Assembly (NCBI GenBank): GCA_045645205.1
Contig: JAZRIJ010000078.1
Coordinates: 949-64,948, forward strand
Reading direction: 5' to 3'
Source of the DNA: Eubacteriales bacterium
Lineage (GTDB): Bacteria; Bacillota; Clostridia; Oscillospirales; CAG-272
Length of the DNA stretch: 64,000 bases
The position numbers and the translations under genes are program-made. Of the stretch, positions 55,440 through 64,000 are shown one piece after another. The notes under the pieces were generated by a model. That model saw only the letters and a program-made list of their open reading frames with translations. It was not told the origin of the DNA and did not search any database. Position 1 is the first letter of the stretch; every line of letters begins with the position of its first letter.

Positions 55440-56213
55440 TTATTTTATATTCTTTTTATAGATTAGACCTAAACCTTTCAGCAACAAATCGCTATCATTT
55501 ACAGTCTTTCTTTTTGTAAAACTGCAAATTAATTCAGCTATTCCGCCTGTTGTAACAATACTTGCAGGTTCTATGCCTAGCTCTTCGGAAAACTTGTCTA
55601 TTATTCCATCAATCGCCCCCGCGTAGCCATATATAATGCCCGAACGCATACATTCGACAGTTGATGACGCTATGGCTTTTTTGGGGGGTAAAAGCTCTAT
55701 CCTCGGCAAGAGAGACGCTTCTTCGGAAAGCGCACTGAGTGATAAATTTATTCCGGGCATAAAGCTTCCGCCGATAAACCTGCCGTTTTCGTCAACAACA
55801 GTCAAGGTTACCGCCGTTCCCATATCTACTATAACACAAGGCAAGGAATATTCTTCTTTTGCTCCAACGGCTGTTGCGACAAGGTCGGATGCAACACTTC
55901 CCGGATCGTCGGTAAGTATGTGTATTCCGCTTTTTACACCTGCGCCTACTATAACAGCATCAAGTCCCGTCAGACGCTTGACAGCACTCTTTATTATGTG
56001 AGTCATAGGCGGAACGACCGAAGAGATTATCGCTCCCTCGATATCTGCAGTATCAAAACAGCCGAGGGACAATATCTGCTTTATTTCGGACGCATATTCA
56101 AAAGCCGTGCGGTTTCTGTCTGTCTTTATATCCATAACAGGCTTTAGAATACGCTTGCCGTCAACAAGTCCGAAAACAATATGCGTATTACCTACATTTA
56201 TTGCCAAAATCAT
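55440..56213 (-). CDS. coaX: Type III pantothenate kinase
   Basis: MILAINVGNTHIVFGL start, 257 aa, ASKHA fold motifs. Confidence 0.9.
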   Translation of the reverse strand: MILAINVGNTHIVFGLVDGKRILKPVMDIKTDRNRTAFEYASEIKQILSLGCFDTADIEGAIISSVVPPMTHIIKSAVKRLTGLDAVIVGAGVKSGIHILTDDPGSVASDLVATAVGAKEEYSLPCVIVDMGTAVTLTVVDENGRFIGGSFMPGINLSLSALSEEASLLPRIELLPPKKAIASSTVECMRSGIIYGYAGAIDGIIDKFSEELGIEPASIVTTGGIAELICSFTKRKTVNDSDLLLKGLGLIYKKNIK

Positions 56214-56225
56214 TGTGTTTCTCTC

Positions 56226-56831
56226 TTATGCTCTTTTTTTGACTGCGTGGATAACCCTTACTATCGCAGGTGTAAGAACAAGATTTATTACAAGCTCTGC
56301 GATGAAATTGATACCAACAACACCAAGTATTACATAAAGCAATGCTGAATTATAACCTTCTGCCAAAGCCCAGCCTGTTACAAGCTCTTTATAGAAAAGA
56401 AGCATACCAATCGAAAGTATACCAGTATTGCAGACAGGAGCTGCAACGGCGGCTGTTATAATGCCGATATACAAGTTCTTTTTGTTCAACACCTTGCATA
56501 TAACGCCTGCAACAAAGCCTGCCGCCGTGCTTTTCAGCACACACAAAAACAGCGTTAAAAACGGCAGTTCCTGAAACATAAGAAATCCGCCCGCGTCAGC
56601 GCCGGTTACTACAGCAACGCATACTACAACCCCGAAAACTGCGCCAAGGATAGCTCCTTGAAGAGGGCCGTATAAAACTGCGCCCAAAATAATCGGTACC
56701 AGTGAAAGCGTTATTGTAAACGGTCCGATGTGAATTCCGCTTGCAAATGTTTGCAAGACCACGATTATTGCCGCTAAGATAGCCGTAACGACAACAGTTT
56801 GAATTTTTGTCTTGTTTTTTTCCAATGACAT
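56226..56831 (-). CDS. ECF transporter S component (possibly pantothenate-specific given coaX linkage)
   Basis: 201 aa with six TM segments and the typical S-component N-terminus. The substrate is inferred only from the neighbouring gene. Confidence 0.65.
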   Translation of the reverse strand: MSLEKNKTKIQTVVVTAILAAIIVVLQTFASGIHIGPFTITLSLVPIILGAVLYGPLQGAILGAVFGVVVCVAVVTGADAGGFLMFQELPFLTLFLCVLKSTAAGFVAGVICKVLNKKNLYIGIITAAVAAPVCNTGILSIGMLLFYKELVTGWALAEGYNSALLYVILGVVGINFIAELVINLVLTPAIVRVIHAVKKRA

Positions 56832-56885
56832 AATTAAATTACCTCCTGCTACTGTCCCGATTTAATCGGGTATAGTGCATTTTTT

Positions 56886-56914
56886 ATTATAACTCCCATA
56901 ATCTCCCTTGTCAA
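56886..56914 (-). promoter_or_regulatory. Consensus sigma-A promoter for ECF-S/coaX operon
   Basis: On the minus strand: TTGACA, 17-nt spacer, TATAAT. Confidence 0.6.
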
Positions 56915-57135
56915 GCAATTAAATATAAAAAACACCGAGGAATATGACATAAACACCAACATTAATTTTTTTACTCTCACCTAAAAAACACAAAAAGGTG
57001 TTGAATAAAGTCTATATATTTTACTGACATTATAATTAAAATGGATAAGATATTTTATTGTTTCTATTGACAAAACAAATAGTATGTGATAGAATGCAAT
57101 AGAAGTAAACAGCAAAGCAATAGAAAGGATAAAAT

Positions 57136-58419
57136 ATGCCATATCTTGAATCTGAAAAGTTAGAATTAAAGGTACAATATACAACAGAAATCAAAAAGGA
57201 AATCGTAGCTTTTTTGAATAGTAACGGCGGCACTTTAATAATTGGTGTTGACGATAACGGAAGGGTCGTCGGCGTTGAAAACGCAAAGGATATTATAGAA
57301 CGTATTTCGCTTATGATACACGAGGCTATAAAACCCGATGCTTCTTTGATTTGCAGTGCAGGTGAATACGAGGAAGAAGGCAAAACCATTGTCAAGGTCG
57401 CAATCGGCAGAGGTGTCAAAAAACCTTATTATATTTATGAAAAGGGTTTAAAACCAAGCGGCGTATACCTTCGTATTAACAATACTTCACAGCAAGCCTC
57501 CGAGTATGCTATAAAACAAATGATTATTGCAAGTGAGGATAAAGCATTTGAGTCTTTGCCGAGTATAGAGCAAGATTTGACTTTCAATTATCTTGAAAAT
57601 GTTTTCAAACGTGCAAAAATTGAACTAAAGCACAAGACGCTCGGATTTATAGATGCAAACGGTTGCTATACCAATCTCGCTTTACTTCTATCGGATCAAT
57701 GCCCCTTCTCCATAAAAGCGGCAGTTTTTGACAGCGACGATAAAAGCAGATTTTTAGACCGAAAGGAATTTGAGGGCTCGTTACTTCGTCAGGCTGACGA
57801 GGTTTACGAATATCTCAATTTGAATAACAAGACACACGGAGAATACAAGGGTTTGCTTCGAGAGGACAAAACCGAGTATAATCAGCTTGTTTTGCGCGAA
57901 GGACTTTTGAACGCCATTATTCATAGAGATTATTCGCTAAACGGCAGTATTCTTATCAGCATATATAAAAACCGCATTGAATATGTTTCTATCGGTGGTT
58001 TGGTGTCAGGTATGACTTATGAAGATATGATGCTCGGTGTTTCCCGTTCAAGAAACGAAAGACTTGCCAACGTGTTTTTTAAGCTTAAGTACGTTGAAGC
58101 ATACGGCACAGGCATAGAGAAAATACAAGGGGATTATGAGTATACAGGCCTTGAACCTCGATTTGAGGTATCGGACAACGGCTTTCTTCTTGTCCTGCCG
58201 AACAAATCTTATATAGAGGAAGCAAAAAAGGTTCTCACCGATAAAGAGCTTGTACATGATTTTATCGCTAAATGCGGAAGAGTAACACGCGCAGAGGTGC
58301 AAGAAGAATTAGGCTTTAAGCTTACAAAGACAAGAAATATTATTCTTCAGCTTGAACAAGAACGCAAAATCAAACGCCACGGCAACGGAAAAGGAATTTT
58401 TTACACTATCGTAAAGTAA
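57136..58419 (+). CDS. AlbA_2 (Schlafen-like) domain / divergent AAA-4 putative DNA-binding regulator
   Basis: LESEKLELK....EIKKEIVAFLNSNGGTLIIGVDDNG is the AlbA_2 signature. The C-terminus has HATPase-like and winged-helix regions. Confidence 0.75.
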   Translation: MPYLESEKLELKVQYTTEIKKEIVAFLNSNGGTLIIGVDDNGRVVGVENAKDIIERISLMIHEAIKPDASLICSAGEYEEEGKTIVKVAIGRGVKKPYYIYEKGLKPSGVYLRINNTSQQASEYAIKQMIIASEDKAFESLPSIEQDLTFNYLENVFKRAKIELKHKTLGFIDANGCYTNLALLLSDQCPFSIKAAVFDSDDKSRFLDRKEFEGSLLRQADEVYEYLNLNNKTHGEYKGLLREDKTEYNQLVLREGLLNAIIHRDYSLNGSILISIYKNRIEYVSIGGLVSGMTYEDMMLGVSRSRNERLANVFFKLKYVEAYGTGIEKIQGDYEYTGLEPRFEVSDNGFLLVLPNKSYIEEAKKVLTDKELVHDFIAKCGRVTRAEVQEELGFKLTKTRNIILQLEQERKIKRHGNGKGIFYTIVK

Positions 58420-58562
58420 AATAAACACAAAATGCCCCGCGCAAGCGGGGCAAAAATTATGAAATGTTCATTTTTTCAAGGCAAAAAGTATCTATTAGGA
58501 ATTTCCGAAAATTTGGTTAATAAGTAACTAACCATACATTAGATGCCTCGTTTATCATACTA

Positions 58563-59990
58563 TCAATAACGTTTAAGTCCAAGTATAATCGCAACTACCG
58601 TTAAAGCAACTATCAAAACGGCAATTCCGACAAATATCCACTTGAATGTTTGGTTTGAAAACAGTCCGTTATTTTGTTTATTGTTTTCATTTTTATTCTC
58701 ATTCTGCTTTGAGGTTTCGGGAGTTGTTTCAACGCCCGTTGATTCATCGGGAACAGTGGTTTCCGGCTCGCCCATTTCCGCAAAACTGTATCTCTGGAAA
58801 GTATTTTCTACGGGGTCATACATATAGAGCGTCTTTTCACCCATAGCGCCGACCGCATATACAAGACAGTGGTTTGGCGTCTCATCTCTCATTGGAATAA
58901 GAGCATCTCTCTCGACTCCGCTGACGGTAAATTTGCCTATCTCATAATCCATAGGCGGAATTGCCATATTAATATCAAGCAAAAGCAAAGAGCTTGTCGG
59001 CTGTCCAAGATACTCAAAAGGCTTTGCCGTCATATTTTCAACATCAACATAGTACAACCCCTCGGCAACTGAATCGTTACCAAGCAGATATACCGCCGGC
59101 AATGCTCTTTCATCATAAATAATAGCATTTACCGTAATATTATTTATAACTATTTGAGTCAGCTCAAATCCCTTAGGAATGCTTTCGGTGCTTATAGTCA
59201 TCGAGATTTCGGCAGTAATTCCCTCTCCGACTTTTAGAAATATATCAGAGGAGAGAGGATTTTTCCCTCTTGTTACTTTTATTGTATACGTCTGCTTCGC
59301 GCCGTTCTCGGCTGTTACGGTAACCGAGACCGTGTTTTCGCCCACAGCCAACGACTCGTTTCCTCCAACATAAACCGAAGCTCCGTTATGATTCTTCAAT
59401 GCCGTAACAGCAAGGGAGGTAACCGAAAAATCAACTTCTGCGATATACTGAGTAACAGACGGCGAAAATGCGGGGTTAAGCGTTCCGTTGCTTATTGCAA
59501 GGCTTTTTAGGGTTGCATCTGATGACGCTTGGGGAACAGGTATAATATTAATTGTCGAATCTCCTATTGCATAGGGAGCAATATCATCCGCTCCCCCGCT
59601 TGTAAAGTTATAGCCTGACGGAATAAGCTTTGTCGTTCCTGTCTTTTTGGTTTTAAATGTAAGAGTACAGCTCATTTTTGATGCTGAACCACTGCTCATA
59701 TAGTCAACAATTCGTATAACCCCCGTGTTGTGCACGTGGCTGAAGTTGCCCGAAGAACTTGAAGCCGATACAAACTGCAGGTATGTCGTATCATACGATA
59801 CATTCATTTCATATCCACCGATGTCATCACCTTTGACATCAACCACCACGCTCACGTTACTTCCTACCGTAACCGTCGGGTCTGTAAACCAAAGGGAAGC
59901 CGATGCCGCATTTGCATTTACCAAAAAGCACATAGCTGTCAGACACATTACAAAAGACAGTATAAATATATTAAGTAATCTTTTCTTCAT
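58563..59990 (-). CDS. Membrane-anchored surface protein with cohesin-like and cadherin-like beta-sandwich domains
   Basis: Signal peptide, then a cohesin-like N-terminal domain (VTVGSNVSVVVDVKGDDIGGYEMNVSYDTTYLQFV). This is followed by the ATLKSLAISNGTLNPAFSPSVTQYIAEV module and a C-terminal TM. Confidence 0.65.
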   Translation of the reverse strand: MKKRLLNIFILSFVMCLTAMCFLVNANAASASLWFTDPTVTVGSNVSVVVDVKGDDIGGYEMNVSYDTTYLQFVSASSSSGNFSHVHNTGVIRIVDYMSSGSASKMSCTLTFKTKKTGTTKLIPSGYNFTSGGADDIAPYAIGDSTINIIPVPQASSDATLKSLAISNGTLNPAFSPSVTQYIAEVDFSVTSLAVTALKNHNGASVYVGGNESLAVGENTVSVTVTAENGAKQTYTIKVTRGKNPLSSDIFLKVGEGITAEISMTISTESIPKGFELTQIVINNITVNAIIYDERALPAVYLLGNDSVAEGLYYVDVENMTAKPFEYLGQPTSSLLLLDINMAIPPMDYEIGKFTVSGVERDALIPMRDETPNHCLVYAVGAMGEKTLYMYDPVENTFQRYSFAEMGEPETTVPDESTGVETTPETSKQNENKNENNKQNNGLFSNQTFKWIFVGIAVLIVALTVVAIILGLKRY

Positions 59991-60010
59991 ATATCATTCT
60001 CCTTTTTTAA

Positions 60011-62254
60011 TCACGATATCAAAGCCGTTCCGAGTATATGGTTTCTGACCTTCAAAAGATCGCTTATATTTACAGCACCTCCGGCATCAATATCACCGCT
60101 GTATGTCTGCGGTTGGGACAAAGTATCTGAGCCTAATATCTTGTTTCTCAGCTTCAAAAGATCGCTTATGGTTATTCTTCCGTCGCAGTTGACATCTCCC
60201 TTGACAGAAGCCTTATATTCTCCGTATTTCACACCCAATGTACTGTTTACAATTATCGTATCCTCGGTCGCCATAACATCTTCGTCGCCTTTTTCAGCGC
60301 CTGCAGAATTCAAAACAATAACATTACCTGCCGAAACAAATGATGTTTTGAAGCTTCCAACGGTAGTACCGGGCGCAATTCCGTAAATAATATAATTATT
60401 TGGCATATATTTGTCTGTAAAAGTAAGCTCTCCGAAATTTTCAGAGCCTTCTTTTGCTACCGTAAGCTTGTAAACTCTGACCGTTCCGTTACCTGCCGTA
60501 ACCTTTATTTCATACACATTAGTACCCGAATTTACTGTCAATTCGCCCGCACCTGCTATAACAGCCGTTGAATCCATCGGTACAGCCTCAACCGCAATCG
60601 AATTGACCGTTGGCGGAACAACAAGCATATATTCAAGTGTTTCTGTATCAAAATCGGGAGTCAGCTCATATCCCTTTACAGAAAGTGACGCCAGCTTCAT
60701 ATTGGGTGAACCGTCAAGTGTAGGTTTGGCGCATGACTGCTCGGGCATATTGTCAAATATCGGTATATAAAATGATAACGGAGTTTCGCGAAGCTCTTGG
60801 GTATATCCCTTTGCAAGCTTTGCCGCCTCAGTCGAAGAACCGTATACCGACGTCATATACTGGTGTGTAAACGGGTTATTGCCCTGAACGTTAAAACGCT
60901 TTAAATAAAGTGTATTTTGACCTGCACTTACATATCCGTAAGAATAGAAATATGCGCCGCCCTCAATTGCCTTGAGTCTTGTATTCCAAGGTCTGAGATA
61001 TGTTGTACTTCCGTTGTTACCTCCCTTGGCATACCAAAGTCCTCTTTGAACAGGAGTCATACCATTCGCTGAATAAGCGCCTATATTAAAATAGTTAAAA
61101 TATCCGGTATAACCCGAAACATTTCCCGAAATAATACTCGAACCCTGACTGCCCACTTCAATTATTATCATTGATGATAAAACATAGGGGTTTACACTGT
61201 ATTTTTTACCCGCTTCAAAAATCGCGTTTGCGTAATTCAAATTTTTTCCGTCAGTATCTATAACATCATTTTCCATAAAAGTTCCGGCAATTATCCTCTT
61301 TACGCCGTCAATGTTCTGTACATTGGGGTCATAACTTTGGTCAAGGAACTGAAAAACGGTATTTTCACCGAGGAAGTTTCTGGGATCCATATAATATCTT
61401 ATTATTTCACGTGAAGCTCTTACCCATCTATCTCCGTCAAAAACCTTCCATTGATTTAATTCCCATATGTATGCATCGCCCTCTACAGATTTCCATGAGG
61501 ACGGAAAGGTATTTTCAACCAGACTCTTGTTAAGCTGCTGTGATACAGCATATTCAAAATCATATCCTGTATGATGAGCCTTAAACACCCAATTCGGATA
61601 TAACTCGTGAAGCTCACGGAGATATGATTTATATGATTCGGGAAACTTCTGCTCATCTAAATATTCTTCAAAATTAATTTCAGGAGGCTTTTCAGGTTTA
61701 TCGTCCGGAGCGGTCGTCTCACCGGGAATACTTGTCTCGCCTGCGGTTGTTTCCTCGGGAATACCGGTTTGGTCACCTGTTGCTCCGTCTCCCGTAGTCT
61801 CATCCGGAGTTTCCGAATCTTGTCCGGTAGTTTCTTCGGGAGATGTTGTCTCCTGTCCGTTGGTTTCTTCAGGACCTGTAGTTAAATCCCCTACCGGCTC
61901 ATTTGTTGTTGTATCTTCGGGAATAATTTCTATAAATTGTGAATATGCGTACCCTGTAATGCTTCCGAATTTTATTTTATACCACAGCGTGTTTCCCGAC
62001 TGTACCTCTTGCCCATTTTTCTCTCCAAGAACGATAACCTCATCACCGCCCGAAAGATACCCAACTATACCGCTTGATATAGTCGCATCTTCTCTGACAC
62101 GCAAATTATTCGGGTCAACATCAGGAGTAACTCTACCATTTCTTGTAATTTCAGCGCCAAAAATGGTCAAACATATTGCAACAAGAATTACTGCAACAAG
62201 AAAGAACGTAAAAAACGTCTTTTTTATTTCCTTTCCTCTATATTCCAATATCAT
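60011..62254 (-). CDS. Dockerin-bearing protein with SH3b, GH73-like glucosaminidase and cadherin-like domains
   Basis: N-terminal TM, an SH3b-like segment and a Thr/Glu/Pro linker. Then YANAIFEAGKKYSVNPYVLSSMIIIEVGSQG (GH73-like). The C-terminus has duplicated dockerin repeats GDVNCDGRITISDLLKLRNKILG / GDIDAGGAVNISDLLKVRNHILG. Confidence 0.7.
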   Translation of the reverse strand: MILEYRGKEIKKTFFTFFLVAVILVAICLTIFGAEITRNGRVTPDVDPNNLRVREDATISSGIVGYLSGGDEVIVLGEKNGQEVQSGNTLWYKIKFGSITGYAYSQFIEIIPEDTTTNEPVGDLTTGPEETNGQETTSPEETTGQDSETPDETTGDGATGDQTGIPEETTAGETSIPGETTAPDDKPEKPPEINFEEYLDEQKFPESYKSYLRELHELYPNWVFKAHHTGYDFEYAVSQQLNKSLVENTFPSSWKSVEGDAYIWELNQWKVFDGDRWVRASREIIRYYMDPRNFLGENTVFQFLDQSYDPNVQNIDGVKRIIAGTFMENDVIDTDGKNLNYANAIFEAGKKYSVNPYVLSSMIIIEVGSQGSSIISGNVSGYTGYFNYFNIGAYSANGMTPVQRGLWYAKGGNNGSTTYLRPWNTRLKAIEGGAYFYSYGYVSAGQNTLYLKRFNVQGNNPFTHQYMTSVYGSSTEAAKLAKGYTQELRETPLSFYIPIFDNMPEQSCAKPTLDGSPNMKLASLSVKGYELTPDFDTETLEYMLVVPPTVNSIAVEAVPMDSTAVIAGAGELTVNSGTNVYEIKVTAGNGTVRVYKLTVAKEGSENFGELTFTDKYMPNNYIIYGIAPGTTVGSFKTSFVSAGNVIVLNSAGAEKGDEDVMATEDTIIVNSTLGVKYGEYKASVKGDVNCDGRITISDLLKLRNKILGSDTLSQPQTYSGDIDAGGAVNISDLLKVRNHILGTALIS

Positions 62255-62468
62255 ATGTAACTCCTAGCAAATGTTCAATTCAGTGCCAAATCTGTTGACA
62301 CATATAAATATTATACAAAAAAACTCGATATTTGTCAACAAAATTAAAACAATATACATAACCAAATATTTCCTATAATAATTAATCGAATTAATGTTAA
62401 TACTCTTAACGTAAAACAAAAGCCGAAACAAAAAAATTAATTCGGTCTATTTACAAGGAGATAATACA

Positions 62469-62591
62469 ATGGATAACAGAAACCAGAATCAGAACCAGAA
62501 TCAGTCTAACAAGACAAACAAGACAAACAAGTCTGAAAGCTCTAACAACAATAACAACGAAAGTCAGTCCTCCAACAATCAGAATCGCTAA
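62469..62591 (+). CDS. 40-aa Asn/Gln/Ser-rich hydrophilic peptide (below ORF-track cutoff)
   Basis: AAGGAGA RBS. Translation is MDNRNQNQNQNQSNKTNKTNKSESSNNNNNESQSSNNQNR. A strong terminator follows. Confidence 0.45.
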   Translation: MDNRNQNQNQNQSNKTNKTNKSESSNNNNNESQSSNNQNR

Positions 62592-62606
62592 AGCTTTTAA
62601 ACAAAA

Positions 62607-62643
62607 AATACATCCCCCGTTTTTTTCGGGGGATGTATTTTTT
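62607..62643 (+). terminator. Intrinsic terminator
   Basis: aatacatcccccg / cgggggatgtatt followed by a T-run. Confidence 0.8.
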
Positions 62644-62655
62644 GTAAAACGAAAA

Positions 62656-62833
62656 GCAATCCCGCCGCAGCGAAGCCTTCTCCTGCGGGAGAAGGGGGAC
62701 CGCTTGCGGTGGATGAGGAGTCAAATAAATAATTAGATTAGTCTTTAGAACACCTCATCCGTCTCGGCGACAAAGTATGAGATGAGTGATAAATAGCACC
62801 TCGCCTCGACACCTTCTCCCACTGGAGAAGGCT
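62656..62833 (-). repeat. Intergenic repeat family B-related hairpin modules
   Basis: gccttctcctgcgggagaaggg, ggatgaggag/cacctcatcc, and a 36-nt exact reverse complement of 26031-26066. Confidence 0.8.
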
Positions 62834-63076
62834 TAAGATAAGCATTTGCCACATGTGTGGCGGTGGGGCGAGATTGCAAGTGTCAAATGTTTCAGTGGGC
62901 TTTCAGCCCTGCCAGTAATATGGCGTTATACGCCTGTGCAAACCATCGGCTTACCGGTGGTTATGATTGTCATACAAAATCTATTTAATAAATAGCAATC
63001 AGCTATTGCAAACATTATTTATTTCTGATAAAATACATAAATAAGAATATCCATTTTTAAACAAAAGGAGAAAAAA

Positions 63077-63661
63077 ATGAAAAAAATATTAATATTATCA
63101 CTTGTACTTGTCTTGGCACTCAGTATGTCTGCTTGTTCGGATAAGGAGTCGGGACTTGCCGAGGAATCATACACAATCGAGATAGAAATTGAAAATTATG
63201 GTGTAATCACCGCTGTACTTGATGCTAAGACAGCGCCCATCACCGTCGAAAACTTCATCAATCTTATAAATAAAGATTTTTACAACGGTATATCCTTTCA
63301 CCGCATTATAAACGGATTTATGATGCAGGGCGGAGATCCCGACGGAGACGGAACCAACAACGAAGGTACACCCACCATCAAGGGAGAGTTTGCATATAAC
63401 GGAGTAGAAAACAACATCAGCCATACAAGAGGTACTCTTTCTATGGCGAGATCAAGCAGCTATAACAGCGCCGCTTCACAGTTCTTTATTATGCATCAGG
63501 ATGACACAAGACTTGACGGTCAATATGCGGCATTCGGCAAGGTTACCGACGGCATGGACATTGTTGACGAGATATGCACTAAAACTCCGGTAACAGATAA
63601 TAATGGCTCTGTTGCCAAAGCAAACAGACCCATAATCAAAGAAATCCGAATAGTTGAATAA
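63077..63661 (+). CDS. Cyclophilin-type peptidyl-prolyl isomerase, lipoprotein
   Basis: Lipobox LSMSAC followed by FHRIINGFMMQGGDP and the ..FFI.. cyclophilin motifs. Confidence 0.9.
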   Translation: MKKILILSLVLVLALSMSACSDKESGLAEESYTIEIEIENYGVITAVLDAKTAPITVENFINLINKDFYNGISFHRIINGFMMQGGDPDGDGTNNEGTPTIKGEFAYNGVENNISHTRGTLSMARSSSYNSAASQFFIMHQDDTRLDGQYAAFGKVTDGMDIVDEICTKTPVTDNNGSVAKANRPIIKEIRIVE

Positions 63662-63685
63662 AACATATAAAAAGAGGCGAGTTTT

Positions 63686-64000
63686 ATGCTTGACAATAAC
63701 AAACTTAATCAGAAATACGGCAACTACACAGGCAGTCAAATACTTTCTTTCTGCGACCACACAATATTAAAACAAGACTCCGTCCTGGAAGACATTAAAC
63801 GTATATGCGACGAGGGGATTGCAGGAAAAACAGCGTCCGTTTGTATTCCCCCGTCATTCGTAAAGCAAGCATATGAATATACTCAAAACAGACTTCCCAT
63901 TTGCACGGTTATCGGCTTTCCAAACGGCTATACGACAAAAGAAGCAAAAGTTTTTGAAGCAAAAAACGCAATTCAAAACGGCGCTTCTGAAATAGATATG
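63686..64000 (+). CDS. deoC: Deoxyribose-phosphate aldolase (5' part; continues past window)
   Basis: AGAGG RBS. Hand translation is MLDNNKLNQ...FCDHTILKQDS...ASVCIPPSFV...ICTVIGFPNGY.T.EAKVFEAKNAIQNGASEIDM, typical of DeoC. Confidence 0.8.
   Translation, partial: MLDNNKLNQKYGNYTGSQILSFCDHTILKQDSVLEDIKRICDEGIAGKTASVCIPPSFVKQAYEYTQNRLPICTVIGFPNGYTTKEAKVFEAKNAIQNGASEIDM

Noticed and set aside
1251-64000. Numerous 60-240-aa ORFs antisense to or nested in long genes. Examples are 10127-10855(-), 13230-13670(+), 37750-38349(+) and 61860-62267(+).
   Set aside because: All lie within better-supported genes that have recognisable families. They lack RBSs and have biased composition typical of antisense frames.

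Overview
This 64-kb window comes from a low-GC Gram-positive anaerobe. It is most likely a Clostridia member of the Ruminococcus/Oscillospiraceae type. That placement is an inference from the IspH-S1 fusion gene, an adjacent cohesin/dockerin gene pair, a MecA-like adaptor and the overall codon/RBS style.

Housekeeping blocks:
- 1-18.8 kb: ispH-S1, plsC, cmk, purD, mntP, pepT, UDG, gpsA.
- 35.4-39.9 kb: CapD-like epimerase, aspartate kinase, M50 protease.
- 53-64 kb: two Gfo/Idh/MocA oxidoreductases, coaX plus an ECF S-component, cell-surface proteins, cyclophilin, deoC.

Accessory DNA interrupting these blocks:
1. A degraded podovirus-like prophage in two pieces. The first (19.3-21.6 kb) has a portal and a replisome-organizer fragment. 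The second (26.3-35.1 kb) has scaffold, N4-type capsid, tail genes, XhlA/holin and a GH25 lysin. The pieces are separated by a DUF1854/ABC-exporter pair and an orphan gene.
2. An AT-rich ~11-kb island (40.9-51.9 kb) beside tRNA-Pro(CGG). It ends in an intact large serine recombinase, while its tnpV-like and parB-like genes are broken.
3. At least two families of multi-copy intergenic repeats that bracket gene cassettes.

The best candidate for an undescribed system is the island cargo, a six-gene co-directional operon. It holds a complete DpnII/MboI-type (GATC) restriction-modification set: an HTH-Dam methylase, an unknown 178-aa gene, a DpnII-family endonuclease and a second methylase. This is followed directly by a ParB/Srx-N-terminal-domain protein and a B12-binding-domain radical SAM enzyme.

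Other items worth a look:
- A promoter-driven, structured, ORF-free 775-bp region inside the island.
- A ladder-like array of GTGAAAT/ATTTCAC heptamers interleaved with mini-hairpins.
- An unannotated 43-aa Cys/Gly-rich peptide gene.

All calls rest on reading the sequence and the translations by eye. No database search or folding computation was run.
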